Origin: an uncultured virus (IMG/VR IMGVR_UViG_3300025010_000041) | Taxonomy: Duplodnaviria; Heunggongvirae; Uroviricota; Caudoviricetes | Strand: one strand, 5' to 3' | DNA length: 64,000 nucleotides | IMG/VR virus record: IMGVR_UViG_3300025010_000041 | Shown here: piece after piece, positions 1 to 9,785 of the stretch | How positions within the stretch are numbered: the first letter of the stretch is position 1 | How the letters are laid out: each line of letters starts with the position of its first letter | Translations under genes and position numbers: made by a program | Notes under the pieces: model-generated | Seen by the model: only the letters and a program-made list of their open reading frames with translations | What the model was told of the DNA's origin: nothing | Database searches by the model: none

Positions 1-25
1 GGACGCTACCCCCAACGCAGGGGCA

Positions 26-1741
26 ATGGTCAGCGGAGAGGCGCAAATAGCGGAAACCGCCACAAGCCCCAACACGGGGCCTTTTGTGTCGGGGGGTATC
101 CAGGTACCTGTTTTGCCAGTAACGCCCAATGTAGGCCCGCTGGTGGGCATACAGGGCATGTCTACAGAGGCTTCCACAACCGATAATTCGGGCCCGCTCG
201 TTTTGGGTGAAATCGCACCCTCAGAGGCCGCGACAAGTGATAATTCCGGCCCAACCGTGGCGGCAGGCACACCCGAAACAGCGGCGGCGAGTTCGGATAA
301 TTCGGGGCCGACTCTTTTCTCAATTCTTGCAAACGCAATCGCAACCGTTTACGGCAATTTAGGGCCAACCGTGAAGTCGCCAGAAGTCGGGGCCGAAGCG
401 GACGCCTCGGACAACAGCGGCCCGCTTGTGTTCGCGCTGCCTGAGACCGGAGAGGTTGACGCGATTGATAATTCGGGGCCGGAGCTTTGCGGCGATCCGG
501 GTGACAGCGCGCATATTCCGGCAGTAGTCACGCCACAAACTCAGACACCGGTCAAGACTTATGACCCGTCTCACTACAGTTCGCAAGGCATGACGATAGC
601 GGTTTATCGCCCGTCGATTGCGGCGGGCAGTTACAGCCCGGAGGCGTTATTCCTGTTCAACTTGGAAAGCATATCAAGCGGCTGGACGCATTCAATCAGC
701 ATTGACGGCGGCTACACCACGGCGCAACTGACGCTCAACGTCTCGGACGTGGATTTGAGCGACTGGTTAGAAAGCGGAATGGGCCGGCACATTGTCGCCT
801 TCGGGGACGCCAACGACAGGCTCTGGGAGGGGTTTGTCAATCAAGTCGAGGTGCGGATTGGGGCGCTGGTATTCACGCGCGGCCCGCTGATGGACGTGGC
901 AAACCGGGTCTTAGTCAACTACAGCCCATTGGACACGTCAATCTACCCGCCGGTCACAGGATCGACTACCGAAACGGAGCTTGCAGAGGACACCGCCTCT
1001 CAGGCGCTCTTTGGTATCCTGGAAGCGGTTCTATCGGGCGGCACGGTGCAGCAGGCGGACGCCGAACAGTACCGCGACACCTACCTGGCGGAAAACGGCT
1101 ATCCTCAGCAGTCGAAAGACATTTCGATTGGCGGCGGTTCTCAGGCCAGCGTCACGCTCTCGCTGCTGGGCTACGGCGCTTTTCTTGACCGGTTTGTCTA
1201 CACCAATTCCAGCGTCAATTTCCAGACGATCACCAACAAGATCAAGGCCGTGCTTGCCGCAGACCCCAACGGCTTTTGGTTCGACGTCACCGGAGTGGGC
1301 GAGAACGCCTACTTGACCCTGGAAGGCGTGGAAGATCGGCAGACAATGGGCGGCTCGATTATCCAGGGGCTGAAAGAGTTGGGTGACGTGAACGATTTGC
1401 CCTGGACGTTTGGGATTTACGCCAATCGCCGGCCCGTTTATGCCGCGCAAGAAACCGATTACAGCTATTATCAGCGGTTAGGCGACCCGTCACAGCGAGT
1501 TCGAGACGCCAACGGCAATTGGATTCGGCCCTGGAACGTGGTGCCGGGAAAGTGGTTGTTTATCGAGGATTTGATGGTCGGCTACCCTAGAGCGGGCAAC
1601 CCACGTCAGGAACCGCGGGCGCTTTACATCGAGGAAGTCACTTACACCGCGCCCTGGGGCTTGCAATTGCGCGGGTCGGGCGGTGGCGGACGGCTGAAAC
1701 AGTATCTCGCCAAACTCTCGCTCTCAGGGAAAGGCGGCTAG
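26..1741 (+). CDS. Minor tail/structural protein with N-terminal ~19-aa (D/P)NxGP repeats; probably 5'-truncated by the window
   Basis: The frame is open from base 2 (DATPNAGAM resembles another repeat unit); about 8 repeats such as TTDNSGPLV and TSDNSGPTV; lies upstream of the LamG and fibre genes. Confidence 0.65.
   Translation: MVSGEAQIAETATSPNTGPFVSGGIQVPVLPVTPNVGPLVGIQGMSTEASTTDNSGPLVLGEIAPSEAATSDNSGPTVAAGTPETAAASSDNSGPTLFSILANAIATVYGNLGPTVKSPEVGAEADASDNSGPLVFALPETGEVDAIDNSGPELCGDPGDSAHIPAVVTPQTQTPVKTYDPSHYSSQGMTIAVYRPSIAAGSYSPEALFLFNLESISSGWTHSISIDGGYTTAQLTLNVSDVDLSDWLESGMGRHIVAFGDANDRLWEGFVNQVEVRIGALVFTRGPLMDVANRVLVNYSPLDTSIYPPVTGSTTETELAEDTASQALFGILEAVLSGGTVQQADAEQYRDTYLAENGYPQQSKDISIGGGSQASVTLSLLGYGAFLDRFVYTNSSVNFQTITNKIKAVLAADPNGFWFDVTGVGENAYLTLEGVEDRQTMGGSIIQGLKELGDVNDLPWTFGIYANRRPVYAAQETDYSYYQRLGDPSQRVRDANGNWIRPWNVVPGKWLFIEDLMVGYPRAGNPRQEPRALYIEEVTYTAPWGLQLRGSGGGGRLKQYLAKLSLSGKGG
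182..480 (+). repeat. In-frame coding repeats GATAATTC(G/C)GG(C/G)CC on a 57-bp period
   Basis: Copies at 182, 239, 296 and 467 (spacings 57, 57, 171). Confidence 0.85.
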
Positions 1742-1744
1742 ACC

Positions 1745-2497
1745 ATGCCAGTTCAGAAATACAACGATCAAAATAGCGACCTCAACGCCACCGTCTTTCA
1801 GCGGCGCTGGGAGGCGAATTTTCACATGGCGCAGGCGATCTCGTTGATACAGTCGCTCCCGGCATTGCGCGGGCTTTGGCCGTTCTCGGCAACCGAAGCG
1901 GAGACGATTTATGACCTGTCCGGCGAGGGGAGAATGTTGTATCTGTCCGGGCAGACGCTCGCCAATTTCGGGCTTGTCCAGTACGGCGACTTTGACGGCG
2001 TAAGCGATTATGCCACCCGACCCGACGAAACGGGGCTGAGTGTGACGGGGGCGCTCAGCCTGGGCGGTTGGTTTTACTTTGACGCCAACGGTGCAGAACA
2101 GGGGCTAATCAGCAAGTGGTACAGCACCGGGAACCAGTTGGGCTATGCCCTGGTGCGGAGTGCGGCGAACGCAATTGTGGCCGAAATAACCACAGACGGG
2201 GCCACCGGCGTCTTTGCTACATCGGCGGCAGTGGCAAGCGGCGGCTGGCATTTTTGCGGCTTTCGCTTTGAACCGTCTGTCTCGCTCTCTGTTTGCGTGG
2301 ACAGAACCTGGGTTGACAACGTGACCGCGATCCCGGCCAGTATTTTCGCCAGCACCGAAAACCTGGACATTGGCAGAGTCAACCGCGGCAGTTATTTCAA
2401 CGGGCGGGCCTGTCTGTTATGGTTGGCGGCAGACGATCTACCCAAAGCGGAGTTCGCGGTCATTTACGAGGCGACAAGGGCGCTATTTGGCGTATGA
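1745..2497 (+). CDS. LamG/concanavalin A-like domain tail protein
   Basis: FDGVSDY, LSLGGWF, GGWHF and LDIGR..YFNG pattern typical of LamG jelly-rolls. Confidence 0.8.
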   Translation: MPVQKYNDQNSDLNATVFQRRWEANFHMAQAISLIQSLPALRGLWPFSATEAETIYDLSGEGRMLYLSGQTLANFGLVQYGDFDGVSDYATRPDETGLSVTGALSLGGWFYFDANGAEQGLISKWYSTGNQLGYALVRSAANAIVAEITTDGATGVFATSAAVASGGWHFCGFRFEPSVSLSVCVDRTWVDNVTAIPASIFASTENLDIGRVNRGSYFNGRACLLWLAADDLPKAEFAVIYEATRALFGV

Positions 2498-4242
2498 CAA
2501 ACACAGTTTTCGGCAGGCTCCAATACTACGGCACGGCGGCGGAAAAAGCGGCTTTCACTCCGTTATTCACCTGGACACAGTGGCTGGAAACAGACACGAA
2601 TACGATCTATGCCTGGAACGGCGCAGCCTGGATCACAATGGCGGCATCGGGCGGGTCGGTTGGCGGGTCGGGCACCCCTGGCCGAATCGCAGAATGGACG
2701 GCAGCAACGACACTCGGAGACAGCACGCTCGCCAAGACCGGGGCGGGGCTACTCACGCTCACGGCAGCGGCTCCGGCGTCTCTGGCAGTAACCGGGGCGA
2801 GTTCGATTGCAGGCTCGATGACCGGCGGGGGAGTGATTGCTACGGGTGGATTTACGGGGACACTTGCGAATACCGGAACGTTCGCACTGGGGGCAGGGAC
2901 GGTCACGGTCGCCAGTACCAACGACGTGACCGGGGCGGCCCACACGCACGCCGTGACGAGCAGCGCCAACCCTGGCGCGGCGGCGAGTTTGTTGGCAAGT
3001 GACGCAAGCGGTTATTTGCGATTGACCGGATTAGGGATTGGGGCAACGGCAATAGCCAATCAAATATATATCAAGGCCCCGACAACCGCTATCCCGGGCA
3101 TGACAATTGAGGGATCCAGTAGCTCTGTTACGGGCGGGTACACTGTACTGCATCCGGTGATGTCTCTGGCTTCCACGAGCGGCGGAACATTGGCGCGGTT
3201 GGCGCTGTCGCGGGCCAATGCCGGAAATGGCATTTACGATATGAGCTATTTCGACGCGACCTCATTTCGTGCGATACCATTTATAGTTGGATCAGGGGCG
3301 GGCTTCCAGGTTTGGAAAGACACAACACCGACCAAAGCGATATTTTTCGGAAACACTGTGCCGGGGTTAGCAGCAACAGACTCGCTTTTTTTTGCCACCT
3401 ACGGTGGTGCATGGCGCGAGGCGTTTAGATCGGACGTTTACAGTGACGTCACCGGCTCGCATTTGTATATTCCAATTTACAGCGCAACCAGGTACGGAAT
3501 AATTGTGAGAGGGGCAGCATCACAAACGGCAAATTTGACGGAGTGGCAAACCATCGGCGCGGCAATCGTCGCTTATGTTGCAGCAGACGGAAAACTAGGG
3601 CAATCTGTAACCAGTGCCCTGACAAACGCTATCGGCACAAATATTACCCTAGACAACAACACCAGCGGCCTGGCTGCCGCGGCGGGCTTTGGCAGTCGCA
3701 TACTCGGACGGCTAGAGGACGCCACCACAGTCGACCAGGAAGCGTTTAGTTTAGACTGGCTCTGGACTGACCCGACACATGGAGCGCAACATGCAGCGGC
3801 AGTCATCAGAGTCAATAAAGCCGGGTCAATGACTGAGGTATTCCGGGCGGCGAGTACCGAAGTCGTTGTCAACGAGACAGGCAGCGCAACGATTGATTTC
3901 CGGGTAGAGACAGACGCTTATGACGCCCTGTTTGTGGACGCCTCCAATAACTCAGTTGAGATCATGTCGGACGCGGCTGGCAAAGTCGGCTTTTTCGGGG
4001 TAGCGGCAGTAGTGCAACAAACCGAACTAACCGACGAATTGACCACCATCACGCACACCGCGCCAGGCACACCGGATTATGCCATCCAGGACTTTGTAGA
4101 TGTGTCGGCGGGCGCAGGCTGGGCTTTCGCTAATCACGATGAGGCTAACAGTGTTTTGGCCGTGATTGCGAACCTACAAGCGCGAACGAATGAACTTGAA
4201 ACCAAGCTGGCGGCTTACGGGCTGCTGGTAGATGCAGATTAG
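2494..4242 (+). CDS. Tail fibre / receptor-binding protein
   Basis: Gly/Ala/Thr-rich, AHTHAVT motif, VGFFGVAAVVQQ and C-terminal LAAYGLL; ATG 2494 overlaps the upstream stop. Confidence 0.75.
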   Translation: MTNTVFGRLQYYGTAAEKAAFTPLFTWTQWLETDTNTIYAWNGAAWITMAASGGSVGGSGTPGRIAEWTAATTLGDSTLAKTGAGLLTLTAAAPASLAVTGASSIAGSMTGGGVIATGGFTGTLANTGTFALGAGTVTVASTNDVTGAAHTHAVTSSANPGAAASLLASDASGYLRLTGLGIGATAIANQIYIKAPTTAIPGMTIEGSSSSVTGGYTVLHPVMSLASTSGGTLARLALSRANAGNGIYDMSYFDATSFRAIPFIVGSGAGFQVWKDTTPTKAIFFGNTVPGLAATDSLFFATYGGAWREAFRSDVYSDVTGSHLYIPIYSATRYGIIVRGAASQTANLTEWQTIGAAIVAYVAADGKLGQSVTSALTNAIGTNITLDNNTSGLAAAAGFGSRILGRLEDATTVDQEAFSLDWLWTDPTHGAQHAAAVIRVNKAGSMTEVFRAASTEVVVNETGSATIDFRVETDAYDALFVDASNNSVEIMSDAAGKVGFFGVAAVVQQTELTDELTTITHTAPGTPDYAIQDFVDVSAGAGWAFANHDEANSVLAVIANLQARTNELETKLAAYGLLVDAD

Positions 4243-4252
4243 GAGCTAAACC

Positions 4253-4572
4253 ATGATTACACTTTCAGTCTCAGGCACAAAACGGATTGTCACCGCAGTT
4301 TGGAGCGGCGAAAAGACGAAACTTGACCCAGTCGTTGAGGGTTCTGCCCGCCATTGGTATCCAATGGGCTACGGGCGGGGGTGGTTGGTGGAGAGCTTGT
4401 GCCGTTCGCGTCCCTGACTATTGCACAAAAATTGAATGTCATTGACGAATATATCAAGCAAAGTATCCTCAAAGCAGCCAAGCTGGACGCTATCGACACC
4501 ACAGTACCCCCGGCCACCAAAGCCGCAGAGGATCAGGTCGCGGTGACGGTTGCCAATCACGAGTTCAAGTAG
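4253..4572 (+). pseudogene. Small virion-region protein split by an apparent frameshift at the G5 run 4377-4381
   Basis: AGGAG RBS and ATG 4253; one extra G joins MITLSVSG..YGRG to VVGGELVPF..HEFK. Confidence 0.55.
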
Positions 4573-4619
4573 AGTAAAATAGACTTTGGCGTGATTCCAA
4601 ACAACTACAGGAGATTGAC

Positions 4620-5033
4620 ATGGGAAACGAACCGAAAATACTCACTCTGATTGGCCGCAGTCTGGACGCCTACGGGCACCCGCAGTGGCACGACGCGATT
4701 GTCTTGCAGGCGGCGCTGGAAAGTATCAGCAAAGGCAAGCCAATCTCGGAGATCGGGCGCTGGATGCGGATCGCCGGACGGCTCCAACGGCAGACCGAAA
4801 AAGCGGAAATTGGCAAGGCGCTGAAAGTCACCCAACCGACTAACCGCGACATTCCCGACCTCTCTCAGCCCGTGACGTTGGAGCTTCACGGCACCGAGGG
4901 CGACCTGCTCTGGGACGAGTTGAAGAAACTGACGCCGGAGAAATTCAACCACGATCAACCGCTTCCGGGCGGGCCGTTGGCGTGCATGATCGAGGATATT
5001 GCCAGCGCCCTGGAAAAGCAATTGCCCGACTGA
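4620..5033 (+). CDS. Hypothetical protein
   Basis: AGGAG RBS, 137-aa ORF. Confidence 0.75.
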   Translation: MGNEPKILTLIGRSLDAYGHPQWHDAIVLQAALESISKGKPISEIGRWMRIAGRLQRQTEKAEIGKALKVTQPTNRDIPDLSQPVTLELHGTEGDLLWDELKKLTPEKFNHDQPLPGGPLACMIEDIASALEKQLPD

Positions 5034-5036
5034 TTT

Positions 5037-5104
5037 TCGCATAGATTAATGTTTTTGTGACATTCTCCTTAATACAATATGTATTAAGTAAAGTGCATTA
5101 AAAG
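5037..5104. repeat. AT-rich palindromic element, copy 1 (degenerate left arm)
   Basis: TTCGCATAGATTAATGTTTT ... CTTAATA caatatg TATTAAGTAAAGTGCATTAAAAG; matches the copies at 23.7, 48.4 and 55.8 kb. Confidence 0.85.
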
Positions 5105-5166
5105 AATTATAGCTATGCGCAGAAATAGAGCAAAAAGTGATAGCTACACGCAAACGGACAAGTTGT

Positions 5167-5544
5167 ATGCCAGAAGAAAAACAGCAGCACAGCGGAGAGT
5201 ATGTCACGCTCAAAGAGTACATTGACACTCGCCTGAGTGCAATCATCGAGGCGCAAAAAGTCGCTTTAACCGCAATGGATCGGCGCATGGACGCGGCCAA
5301 TGAGTTACGGGGGTCGCTGAAAGACGTCAACGATAACTCCGTCCGGCTAACCGAATGGAACGCCTACAAACAGCGTGAAGCTCAAGACCAGGAAAATACC
5401 AACGCCGATATCCGCTCTCTGATGTTGTCCAGGGCGGAACTTGCGGGCAAAGCCAGCCAGGCGCAACTGACCATTGTAATGGGCATCTCGCTGGTAGCCT
5501 TGTTAATCTCTATCATTACGCTTGTACTCAAAATCATTGAATAA
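5167..5544 (+). CDS. Coiled-coil protein with C-terminal TM helix (lysis-cassette accessory/holin-like)
   Basis: C-terminal LTIVMGISLVALLISIITLVL; directly before the endolysin. Confidence 0.55.
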   Translation: MPEEKQQHSGEYVTLKEYIDTRLSAIIEAQKVALTAMDRRMDAANELRGSLKDVNDNSVRLTEWNAYKQREAQDQENTNADIRSLMLSRAELAGKASQAQLTIVMGISLVALLISIITLVLKIIE

Positions 5545-5553
5545 GGAGCCGCA

Positions 5554-6306
5554 ATGGAAACCCTACCTGTACCCTACCTGTCCCAGTTAGAGGACGGCGC
5601 ATTGTCGTTCAACAACGACTGCGGCGCGGCTGCCGGGGCCATGATCCTGCGGGGTTACGGCCTGGGCCTCGAAACCACCGTTGACCAATTCTACTTACTC
5701 GCCACCAACGGCAACCGGACAGACCGCTATCTCAGCGCCAGCGAGATACGGACAGTCTTAGGCAAGTTTGGCTTGCAAAGCACCTGGAAAGTCGGCATGA
5801 ACACCGGTACGCTCTACGCCGAATTGTGCGCAGGTGAGGCCGGAATCGCCCTAATCAACTATGGCGTCTTAGTGGACGCCGGATTGACACAAAGAAAGAC
5901 CTTCCGCGGGTCTCATTTTGTTGTCACGCTGGGCATGGATATCAAGCACGTCGCTATTCATGACCCCTACCAGACCGGGGTCAATGGAGCCGAAGTGCAT
6001 ATTCCAGTAGCAATATTTGACGAAGCCTGGCGGCGCACCAACGAACAGGGCAACCCCGTTCGCGGCTGGTTGGGGTGCGAGCGGTCTATTTACTTGCCCG
6101 TACCGGTGGCAATCAAGCAAGTCAAAATCCTGTACCCGATGAACGTCAGGAATGGCCCTGGCCTGAACTGGTTGACGGTTGGCGCGTTGTACCCCGGCGC
6201 GATTGTGGATATTTTGGAAGTGGCTGGCGCTATGGGCGACTGGGGCCGCTTCGGAGCGAGCCGCTGGGTCTATATCGGTAATAAAGCCTGGACAGTACCG
6301 TTATGA
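5554..6306 (+). CDS. Endolysin: C39-like cysteine peptidase plus C-terminal SH3b domain
   Basis: VPYLSQ, NNDCGAA (Cys), HFVV (His), IHDP (Asp); MNVRNGPG...WGR SH3b signature. Confidence 0.85.
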   Translation: METLPVPYLSQLEDGALSFNNDCGAAAGAMILRGYGLGLETTVDQFYLLATNGNRTDRYLSASEIRTVLGKFGLQSTWKVGMNTGTLYAELCAGEAGIALINYGVLVDAGLTQRKTFRGSHFVVTLGMDIKHVAIHDPYQTGVNGAEVHIPVAIFDEAWRRTNEQGNPVRGWLGCERSIYLPVPVAIKQVKILYPMNVRNGPGLNWLTVGALYPGAIVDILEVAGAMGDWGRFGASRWVYIGNKAWTVPL

Positions 6307-6686
6307 CCCTACGGCGCGAGATTGACGATTACTATGCCAAGCGCGGCATGGAAGAACCAGACCAGCTAGAATCGCTTTTGTGGCTGCTCTCTGAGGTCGG
6401 GGAGTTAGCCGAAGCCTATCTCGCCAATCACCCCGCCCTATCCGCTGGCGCTAACTCTGTGGTGGACAGCTTGCGCGCTTCCGTAGACGCAGGCGTTCAA
6501 GCGGAGAGTTGTGTCGTTTCAATGCGTGAGACCTGGGTACGCAACGGCGAACGCATGGTCACGAAATCGGACGTGGCAAGCGAGATTGCCGACTGCTGCA
6601 TGATGTTAGACCGGTTTGCAAAAGCGAACAGCATGGACGCGCCCTCGGAGTTGCTGCGGCGCAAAATGGAACGCAAGCTGCGCTAG
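6303..6686 (+). CDS. MazG-like nucleotide pyrophosphohydrolase
   Basis: SEVGELAEA and SEIADC acidic motifs; C-terminal KMERK. Confidence 0.8.
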   Translation: MTLRREIDDYYAKRGMEEPDQLESLLWLLSEVGELAEAYLANHPALSAGANSVVDSLRASVDAGVQAESCVVSMRETWVRNGERMVTKSDVASEIADCCMMLDRFAKANSMDAPSELLRRKMERKLR

Positions 6687-6705
6687 AGTGAACCGTTTGC
6701 ACGAG

Positions 6706-6735
6706 AAGCCCCTGGTATCTATCCGGGGGCTTTTT
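6706..6735 (+). terminator. Intrinsic terminator closing the late/lysis block
   Basis: AAGCCCCTGG/CCGGGGGCTT stem then T-tract. Confidence 0.8.
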
Positions 6736-6740
6736 GCCTC

Positions 6741-6768
6741 TTGACAGCACGCTTGATTGTGGTAAACT
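6741..6768 (+). promoter_or_regulatory. CTTGA-box sigma70-type promoter
   Basis: TTGACA-16-TAAACT, TG extension, CTTGA at 6752; downstream TATTTATCAATCAAAACCAG shared with the 42.5 and 45.3 kb promoters. Confidence 0.9.
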
Positions 6769-6809
6769 TTATTTATCAATCAAAACCAGGTTAGAGAGGA
6801 CAAAACCAC

Positions 6810-7156
6810 ATGACAACTTTAGACGCCCTGAAAGTTACTACCGCCCATATTTGGGCCGAGTTTGAAGCCGAGACCGTTGATCCACTGGCAGAAGCGCGAG
6901 CGAAAGCGGCGCAAGAAGAAATTGACGAAATCGAAACCGCCCGCAAGAATGGGACGGCATTCGGCTGGCATGATCGGGTGCGCCTGCTGCGTAACGCCGC
7001 GGCGAAACGGTTGACCTGCCCGGTATGGTGCTGGTAGATTACGGCGAAACCGTATATTGCGCGATTGACCTGGGCTGGGACAATCCGACGATCACCCTGC
7101 CGCGTGAGTTTGTGGTTGCTGTGGCCGAGACTAGCGACGAAGCGCAGGACTGGTAA
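6810..7156 (+). pseudogene. Early protein split by an apparent 1-nt frameshift near 6996
   Basis: Frame 1 stops at 7037; the -1 frame gives RGETVDLPGMVLVDYGETVYCAIDLGWDNP..QDW* to 7156. Confidence 0.55.
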
Positions 7157-7204
7157 TCAACGCCCAAAACGGGCGATAATTCAGGAATTGAGAGGACAAA
7201 CGAA

Positions 7205-7459
7205 ATGACTACCCGACAAAAGTTAGAAAGCATGTTATATGATTATGGCGTTTTTGAGGAACAGGCGACAGCAATTGTTGATAAGTTCATTGCGGACTGC
7301 AAGGTCGCTTCTTCCGTCACCTGGAATCGTCCGGCGAACGAGTACCCAGACGTTATGTATGCAGCGTTGATGACCGCTATCAAACCCTATGCCCTGGCCT
7401 GGATTGTCGAGAACGCGCCAGAAGCATGGTTCCGCCCGATGTTCGAGAGTAAGCCGTAA
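7205..7459 (+). CDS. Hypothetical protein
   Basis: AGAGGA RBS; ends EAWFRPMF. Confidence 0.8.
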   Translation: MTTRQKLESMLYDYGVFEEQATAIVDKFIADCKVASSVTWNRPANEYPDVMYAALMTAIKPYALAWIVENAPEAWFRPMFESKP

Positions 7460-8250
7460 TGTCTGACCTGATGAAACGGCAAACCGCGTCCGAAATGGCC
7501 GCGGCCTACGACACGGCTATGAGCAAAGTAGACGACGCCTACCGGAAGTTGGGAGAAGCGCAAGCCCTGCTCAACGGAGTTTTCGGAACCAACCACAATA
7601 TTGACGTAGTGGATAGCCGGGTCTATTGGGGCCACAAGTCGCCGGGCGAAGTGGCGCTTGCTATCCGAAAGAAGATCAAACGCGCTGCCTGGCGGCGAAT
7701 CTTAGAGGGCCTGGACTTGCAGAAAGTCACTTCGCAGAAGCGGTATCAGGAATTGCAAGACAACCTGGAGAATGGCGAACTGCCCGAAATCTCGGTAGAG
7801 ACGATTTTCGACACGCTCCAGTCGTTCCTCCAGAACGCCGGCGAAATGCAAGAGGAACTGATGCTGGAGGTTTTCGAGACCCTGCGGCCTCGCAATAGCA
7901 AGCTCAAAACCAATTCTCACTTCGAGGTTGGCAAGCGGGTCATTCTAACCAGTTATGTGGACTTTGAGTACCGGGCCTGGCGGGTGAATTACTACCAGCG
8001 GGAACAGGCGCTCAACACGCTTGACCGCGCCTTCTCGCTTCTCGACGGCAAAGGCGTTCCCGGCGGCTACAAGGGGCCACTGGTGGACGCTATCAACACC
8101 TCCCAGGGAGAGGGTGAAACCGACTATTTCAAATTCAAGTGCTGTCTTAACGGCAATTTGCACCTGGAGTTCAAGCGGCTGGATTTGCTGGCCCGCTTGA
8201 ACGCAGTCTGCGGCAATGGCACACTGAGAGACGGGAGAAAAAGACGATGA
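7459..8250 (+). CDS. DUF4942-like protein (domain usually associated with DNA methyltransferases)
   Basis: KTNSHFEVGKRVIL and YFKFKCCLNGNLHLEFKRLDL resemble the recalled DUF4942 consensus. Confidence 0.7.
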   Translation: MSDLMKRQTASEMAAAYDTAMSKVDDAYRKLGEAQALLNGVFGTNHNIDVVDSRVYWGHKSPGEVALAIRKKIKRAAWRRILEGLDLQKVTSQKRYQELQDNLENGELPEISVETIFDTLQSFLQNAGEMQEELMLEVFETLRPRNSKLKTNSHFEVGKRVILTSYVDFEYRAWRVNYYQREQALNTLDRAFSLLDGKGVPGGYKGPLVDAINTSQGEGETDYFKFKCCLNGNLHLEFKRLDLLARLNAVCGNGTLRDGRKRR

Positions 8251-8272
8251 TCCGCTGTATGTTGAGGAACTT

Positions 8273-8761
8273 ATGACTAAACCTGTTCACACCGCGCCCG
8301 TCGCGGCCCCTGACTTTGAGTTGGGCACCGATCCCGTCTGGGGTAGAGTGTACCCCGTCTGTTCCGCGTGCGCGCTAACACTTGAACCCGGAGAACAACA
8401 CGAAAGCAAAGAGTCTGGTTACTGCCCACGCTGCCAACGGCGATGGAAGTGGTATCCTCAGACCCGCGAAATCTACGCCGGCACGCAAACACTGCTGCTC
8501 TTGCACCTGCTGCGCAAGAAAGTTGTTATGCGTTACGGCGGTTGGGATAACCGGCTTGTCAATGCGCTGTTTGCGCGCCTGATGACCAGCCCCGAACCGC
8601 CCTACTTCACCCCGGAAATCGAAGCGGAGTTACACCGCGCTGCCTGGCATTACCGCGCTCAGTTGGCAAAGTTCCACTTTGACGTTCCTGCCACATGGCA
8701 AGAGACACCGGAGGCGATACCGTCATCCGAGCGGCTAGAAGTGCTGCGGGGGCTGAAATGA
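8273..8761 (+). CDS. Zn-ribbon hypothetical protein
   Basis: CSAC..CPRC; WHYRAQL resembles WKYRKQL in 12508-12795. Confidence 0.7.
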   Translation: MTKPVHTAPVAAPDFELGTDPVWGRVYPVCSACALTLEPGEQHESKESGYCPRCQRRWKWYPQTREIYAGTQTLLLLHLLRKKVVMRYGGWDNRLVNALFARLMTSPEPPYFTPEIEAELHRAAWHYRAQLAKFHFDVPATWQETPEAIPSSERLEVLRGLK

Positions 8762-8949
8762 TCGCCCTGCAATGCCTCGGATCGTTCCTGGCGCTGGCCG
8801 TGGTCGGCTGGCTGTTCTGGAACCGCACCGGACTGACCGCCAATGTCACGTATGATAGCGGCCGCGAAGAAAAGCGCACTCTGTTGATATTCTGGCCCGT
8901 GGCGCTGATCCTGGCGATTGCTTTGATCGCCTGGCTGTGGTGGGGATAA
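8758..8949 (+). CDS. Small 2-TM membrane protein
   Basis: Two hydrophobic stretches; ATGA overlap. Confidence 0.65.
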   Translation: MIALQCLGSFLALAVVGWLFWNRTGLTANVTYDSGREEKRTLLIFWPVALILAIALIAWLWWG

Positions 8950-8950
8950 A

Positions 8951-9430
8951 ATGTTTGGCAATTGGCAGTTTATCCGCGACGGCAACCCGCACGGGCGCTG
9001 GCTTTACGAGCGCCACTACAGCGCGAGTAAAAGCCAATCCACTCGCCGGACACGGCGGCCCGCTCTATTCGTCGGCCCCGGCGAAAAGCTGGTACTGATG
9101 ACTAGCGACGGGCTGGCGCTGTTCGTTTGGCGCAAGTTTATAGACGATACCGGACAAACGGGCGTCAACTGTGCGATATTCCGTAACGAGGGCTACCGCG
9201 AAGCGACTTCGAGCGAGTTGATCCTGGAAGCGGAACAGATCGCCTGGACACGCTGGCCTGGGGCGCGGCTGTATACGTTCGTCAACGATAAGAAGATACT
9301 CAGTATCAACCCCGGTTATTGCTTCAAGAAAGCGGGCTGGAAGCTGGTACGCGACATTGGGCCGTGGTGCGGTAAGCGGCCACTACGAACAGAATCGGGC
9401 TTACTGATATTCGAGAAACTTCCTGCTTGA
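8951..9430 (+). CDS. Putative Mom-like GNAT-fold DNA modification protein
   Basis: ERHYS, FRNEG, SSELI, NPGYCFKKAGW; the HY and GxxY/FxAxxW pattern recalls Mu Mom. Confidence 0.5.
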   Translation: MFGNWQFIRDGNPHGRWLYERHYSASKSQSTRRTRRPALFVGPGEKLVLMTSDGLALFVWRKFIDDTGQTGVNCAIFRNEGYREATSSELILEAEQIAWTRWPGARLYTFVNDKKILSINPGYCFKKAGWKLVRDIGPWCGKRPLRTESGLLIFEKLPA

Positions 9431-9455
9431 CAATCTATCTTGATTAGAGTAAACT
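9427..9455 (+). promoter_or_regulatory. CTTGA-box promoter
   Basis: TTGACA-17-TAAACT, CTTGA 9439, AAGAGGA RBS. Confidence 0.9.
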
Positions 9456-9476
9456 ATATCAAGAGGAAAAAAGCAC

Positions 9477-9785
9477 ATGGAAACTAGAGTATCAATCGTT
9501 TTGAAGATCGAAAATGGCTCTCGCCCCTCACTGAGCGGCATTATGAAAGCCTATCAGGCGGCCCGCAAAGCCATCAAGTCGGGTGCGCTGAAATCCGACT
9601 TAGGCCGTCTCAATCGGGCGCTTGGGTTGGCAATGCGCAAGACTTATGACCGGCCCTACTATACCGGCGAGAGCGAATGCTCCTGCCCCGATTGCACATA
9701 CCGGGGCCGTCAATTTGTCTGCAAGCACCAATTGCGCCGGATGCTGATGATCCGAGCGTTCGAGATGCAGGACGGTGCGAAATGA
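9477..9785 (+). CDS. SWIM zinc-finger protein
   Basis: CSCPDC..CKH. Confidence 0.8.
   Translation: METRVSIVLKIENGSRPSLSGIMKAYQAARKAIKSGALKSDLGRLNRALGLAMRKTYDRPYYTGESECSCPDCTYRGRQFVCKHQLRRMLMIRAFEMQDGAK

Noticed and set aside
182..480. Regularly spaced short repeats resembling a CRISPR array
   Set aside because: Degenerate at wobble positions, period is a multiple of 3, they encode DNSGP in an open frame, and there are no cas genes.
2494..4242. Diversity-generating retroelement targeting the fibre
   Set aside because: No reverse transcriptase and no template/variable repeat pair seen in the window.
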